From NCBI GenBank assembly GCA_054600435.1, contig BAAIJX010000006.1, positions 496,001 to 560,000 of the forward strand: a DNA stretch of 64,000 nt, in the 5' to 3' direction. Origin of the DNA: Neophaeotheca triangularis (taxonomy: Eukaryota). A program made the translations under genes and the position numbers. Positions within the stretch are counted from its first letter, which is position 1, and every line of letters begins with the position of its first letter. The notes beneath the pieces were generated by a model. The model did not search any database, was not told where the DNA came from, and was given only the letters and a program-made list of their open reading frames with translations. Positions 60,649 through 64,000 of the stretch are shown here, in pieces.

Positions 60649-61544
60649 CTACATCAGCGCAGCAGCCGCCGAAACGAGCAGAGTAAGCAGCAAAACACCC
60701 AAATTGGAATCGCCAGACCTCAGCAGCAGACCCGGCGCGGCAGACTCGAGCGACGAAGTGTAGAAATGCGACTGGATGCCAATGTGCGAGCTATTGTAGC
60801 AGTTCTCCGGCGTCACTTCCTCGACGTCCTCGGGCTCGGCGAGGGTGACGTCGACGCACTGGATATTTCATAGCGTTAGCCCTTGCCTCCAAAGCTTGCT
60901 TTTTCCCCGTGAGGGAAAGTGGAAAAAGAAGAAGAAGAAGACTCACACTGTACAAAGCCGCCCCGTGCTGCGCCGTCTCAATAACCTGTATTGTGATATT
61001 ATCGCCCACTTTGAGGTCCGCACCGCGCGGCATGGGGACTTGCGGGAAGCAGAACTGGCCGCCGTACATTTCGTTGGAGGGACCGGTGATGGCGATGTCC
61101 TTGATGACGTTGTGCGACATGTTGGCCGGAGCGTCGTTGCCCGGCTCGTTGATGCCGATGTTGAGGTAGACGAGGGCGTTGGCGTGGCCGGGGAACCAGC
61201 CTGGTTGCACGCTTACGGCGCCGCCTTTGACGGGCCAGAGAGTGCGGTTCTGGGTTATGGGCATGCCGCCGCCTGGGGAGATTTGTCAGTTGCATGTTGC
61301 TGTGGGTGTTTGGAGTGCTGCTGGACTTGAGGTACGTACATGGATACATCCACTGCATGCCGTATGGAAAGGTAGGAGAACCATCGTCGTCGTAGTCTAT
61401 GCCCAGCGAGCCTGGATTCAGTTCCGGTGCCGTTCCATTCGTGTGTAGGTTGTTCCCTCTCCAGCCGGGGTATGTGATGACCGTGTGAGCTTTCACCACC
61501 CTCCATGTTGCGGCCGTGACCGCTATGGCTCGAAGTGTGACCAT
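60649..61544 (-). CDS. GPI-anchored LPMO-like copper-binding protein (Bim1/X325 family); introns 61339-61273 and 60946-60859
   Basis: Signal peptide followed by N-terminal His (A|HTVITYPGWRG), YPCGG, RTLWPVKGG, a second His in WFPGH, FCFP, NITIQVIE...ALYSCVDVTL, and a hydrophobic GPI-type C-terminus. Confidence 0.88.
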
Positions 61545-62852
61545 TTTCGTTCTTCTGCTCACTGCGCACTCGCAGGAGCTACGTGTGGCTGACCAGATAT
61601 CTTGCGCAGTGCTCTTTTCGCTGGGTTCTGGCTCTTGTACACATTCGCAGAACAGCTTTCGCTGTCTATTGCTAGAAATGGGGGCAAGGGAACAGTGTGG
61701 TTGCAATGGTAGTCGAGATTGATCAAGAGGCAGAAGGAGAGGAAGAGAAAGGCCAGCGCCTAACCACCGTGATCACGCTTACTTACCTGAACACCACAAG
61801 CAGCTACAGTAGCTAGTGATGTGAAGAGGCGCCAAGGGTCGAGGGCACGAGAGTGATAGGCGCCCTGCTCACGCATGTCAGAACGAGGCCAGCCACGTTG
61901 CTTGGCGAAAAGCGCAGTGGTGAGTGGTGGCACAGCACTTCTCGCGCTAGCTCGCAGACGGACGAACAGGACAGCGGTCGTGGCCACCGCACCCGTCTGC
62001 AAGCACGACTGGACCATCGGGTAGCAGCAAGTGAGCAGCGGTGGTGCGGTGGTGCGGGTGCTTCATGGCAGCTTGTGAGGTGCAGGTGGTGCCTCTTTTG
62101 GCGTGCTATAAGGTATGTAAGCGCCGGGGTGTTAGTGCCATGCAGGGTCTGGTCTGCCAATCACAGCGGGGAAGCCAGCAAAGACGACGAGTAGACTGCC
62201 AGCCTCCCTGAATCCTGATCGACAGCTCAGACGACATACATGTCTTGTTGAACAATGGCCTGACTTCGCATTCGCTCACGAATCACTTGGGTCAGTCTCA
62301 CCGACCATCTCAGTTATTCTTAATGAATTTCGAAGTCGACATGTCTTCGTACTTCTCGAAGAGTTGCTCAAGCGCTGTGACGATCTTCCATTGGCATCTA
62401 CCACTCGTCACGGAGCAACAGATGGATTGGATATCTTCTCGCTAATTCGGGTTGTGCTTTGTGAGAATCTGTTGCTCGCCTAATGACAACGACTACCTAC
62501 CTCTCCATCACACCTGAGAGCGCTCTGGTCTCCTGCGTCAATGCTTCAGGCGATGCCTTGACTCTTCCAGCTAACAAATTGAGCGAGCAAGGCAGACGGA
62601 AATTCACCACTCTCGCAAAGAGTGGTGCATCCTGATCGGCGCATCTTCCATCATTTAAGCACATGCCCGCCAAGTCGAATCGTCATTCACACACGCCTCG
62701 TAGGCTCCGTCCAGACTCTCCGTTTCGAGACACCTCCATCGCAATCCAACATATCTCCGAACTCCTTCAGCACAGCCACCCGGATCATTCCAATTGTCTC
62801 TTTCAGATGACTTGCGTCGAGACACACCCAAGTCAGCGCCGGCATGATCCAC

Positions 62853-63524
62853 TCACGGTTGGATACTAACACTCTTTCGATTTATGCTCCGTCGCTCATC
62901 GAGTTCGTCCGTCCAATGCTGATCCTCTATGCGTTCCAGCGTGGCTTCATCTACCGCATCCCTCGAGAACATATCCTTTAACGCAAGCTTCACACGCTCG
63001 CCGAAATTGGGTGTGTGCCTCTTGCGAGTGGTGGTAGATCGCTTTCCCAGATCCTGTTGATGTGTCTGCCGATGTCTCGATTGTCTGTGATCCTCAGTTC
63101 GACTGGACATTGTTCCAGGGAATTGATGCGGTTCTGGGGAAGCTGTCGAGAGGCTTGGAGAGCTTCTAGCGACTATTGTTGGTGAGACGACGACCGCTTT
63201 GTCGGATGGAATTGCCAGGTAGACGTGCGTTTCGTATGGGGCAACCTCTGGCTCACGAGTGGAATCGCTAGTCAGTCTAGATGATAGGGATGTGGTCCCG
63301 CTCACGCTGGCGACCTTGGTGTGAGCATCTTGGACGCTAGAGATGGTGGAGTTTCGAATCGTTCGACCTGGGGTGAACTCGATGTCGATTTCGGATGATG
63401 ATGCTTTGATGTCGTTTCTGGCGTCGACTATCAGTTTTTCCAGGCAATTCGGACGAGGTAGTGCGTCATGTTCCGACTTGAAGGCCTTCCATTCCGTCGA
63501 ACCTGTGCTCTTCAAATACTCCAT
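62853..63524 (-). CDS. Hypothetical Ser/Thr-rich protein; start uncertain
   Basis: Open frame with first ATG at 63524. The C-terminal segment VKLALKDMFSRDAVDEATLERIEDQHWTDE looks protein-like, but I recognise no domain. Confidence 0.45.
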   Translation of the reverse strand: MEYLKSTGSTEWKAFKSEHDALPRPNCLEKLIVDARNDIKASSSEIDIEFTPGRTIRNSTISSVQDAHTKVASVSGTTSLSSRLTSDSTREPEVAPYETHVYLAIPSDKAVVVSPTIVARSSPSLSTASPEPHQFPGTMSSRTEDHRQSRHRQTHQQDLGKRSTTTRKRHTPNFGERVKLALKDMFSRDAVDEATLERIEDQHWTDELDERRSINRKSVSIQP

Positions 63525-64000
63525 TGGTTTGTGTTCTCCCGTTCGCTGAATAGAATCTGGGCCGGCCGGATATTGTCTGCAAGCAGTTGCTGTGAGGGTA
63601 TTTAGTTCGCTATATATCGAGTAGCTCTCCCTTGGGAGTTTCGTCGTGGAAGTCCTCAGAGAGAAACAACAGCGGTGGCACAAACTCGTGCAAATAGAAT
63701 AGAAAAGCGTGTTTTGACTGTGTCGCGAAATGAGCAGCGCGCACTGCCGTCTTACCTGGGTCACGGTAGGTGCTGTGAGGAATGAGAGACACACGACCAC
63801 GGCCGTAATTTATGAGCAGGCTGCGAGGTTTCCATGTTTGTAAGGTACCGGAGTACAATTGCGTCTTCGTGTGCGGGAGCGCTTCTACAGACAGGCCGTG
63901 TCGCTATATTTGAAGCATACAGCTGACTGCTGATCTCGTTAGACGCCTTGAAGGAGAGAGGATGTCTCTCGCTGTTGAGTCAGGTGAGGGCTGAAGGACA

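Noticed and set aside
1..64000. CRISPR arrays, tRNA/rRNA genes, intact transposons, secondary-metabolite backbone genes
   Set aside because: I saw no repeat-spacer array, tRNA or rRNA signature, transposase/RT motif or PKS/NRPS domain by eye. tRNAscan-SE and Rfam scans would be needed to exclude small RNA genes.

Overview
Gene-dense 64-kb window of a filamentous ascomycete nuclear chromosome. Short GT-AG introns with CTRAC/CTAAC branch points support this; a Dothideomycete origin is my inference. It holds about 20 protein-coding genes: a partial Red1-like gene, myosin II heavy chain, an Inp54-like phosphoinositide 5-phosphatase, catalase, a BtgC-like GH17 glucanase, a two-domain conserved fungal protein, a quinate-permease-like MFS transporter, a D-2-hydroxyacid dehydrogenase, an Aro80-like Zn2Cys6 factor, a Tgl1-like sterol esterase, Pet191/COA5, an F-box protein, an RD/RE-rich protein, a 2OG-Fe(II) dioxygenase, DNA polymerase eta, a Bim1/X325-like copper protein and several hypothetical proteins. 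I recognised no rRNA, tRNA, CRISPR array or intact transposon. The best leads are: (1) the dehydrogenase stop codon lies inside a 5' splice site, and splicing adds a peroxisomal -SRL tail; (2) this gene sits 165 bp behind the Aro80-like factor with a CCG-N7-CCG site in the gap; (3) a ~1.5-kb helix-rich non-coding segment, probably a large 5'-UTR intron, lies next to the pol eta promoter; (4) a perfect 39-bp palindrome sits beside a TpA-rich patch and (TTAGGG)3 in a 6.5-kb gene-free region. All gene models were spliced by eye, and family names are from motif recognition, not database searches.
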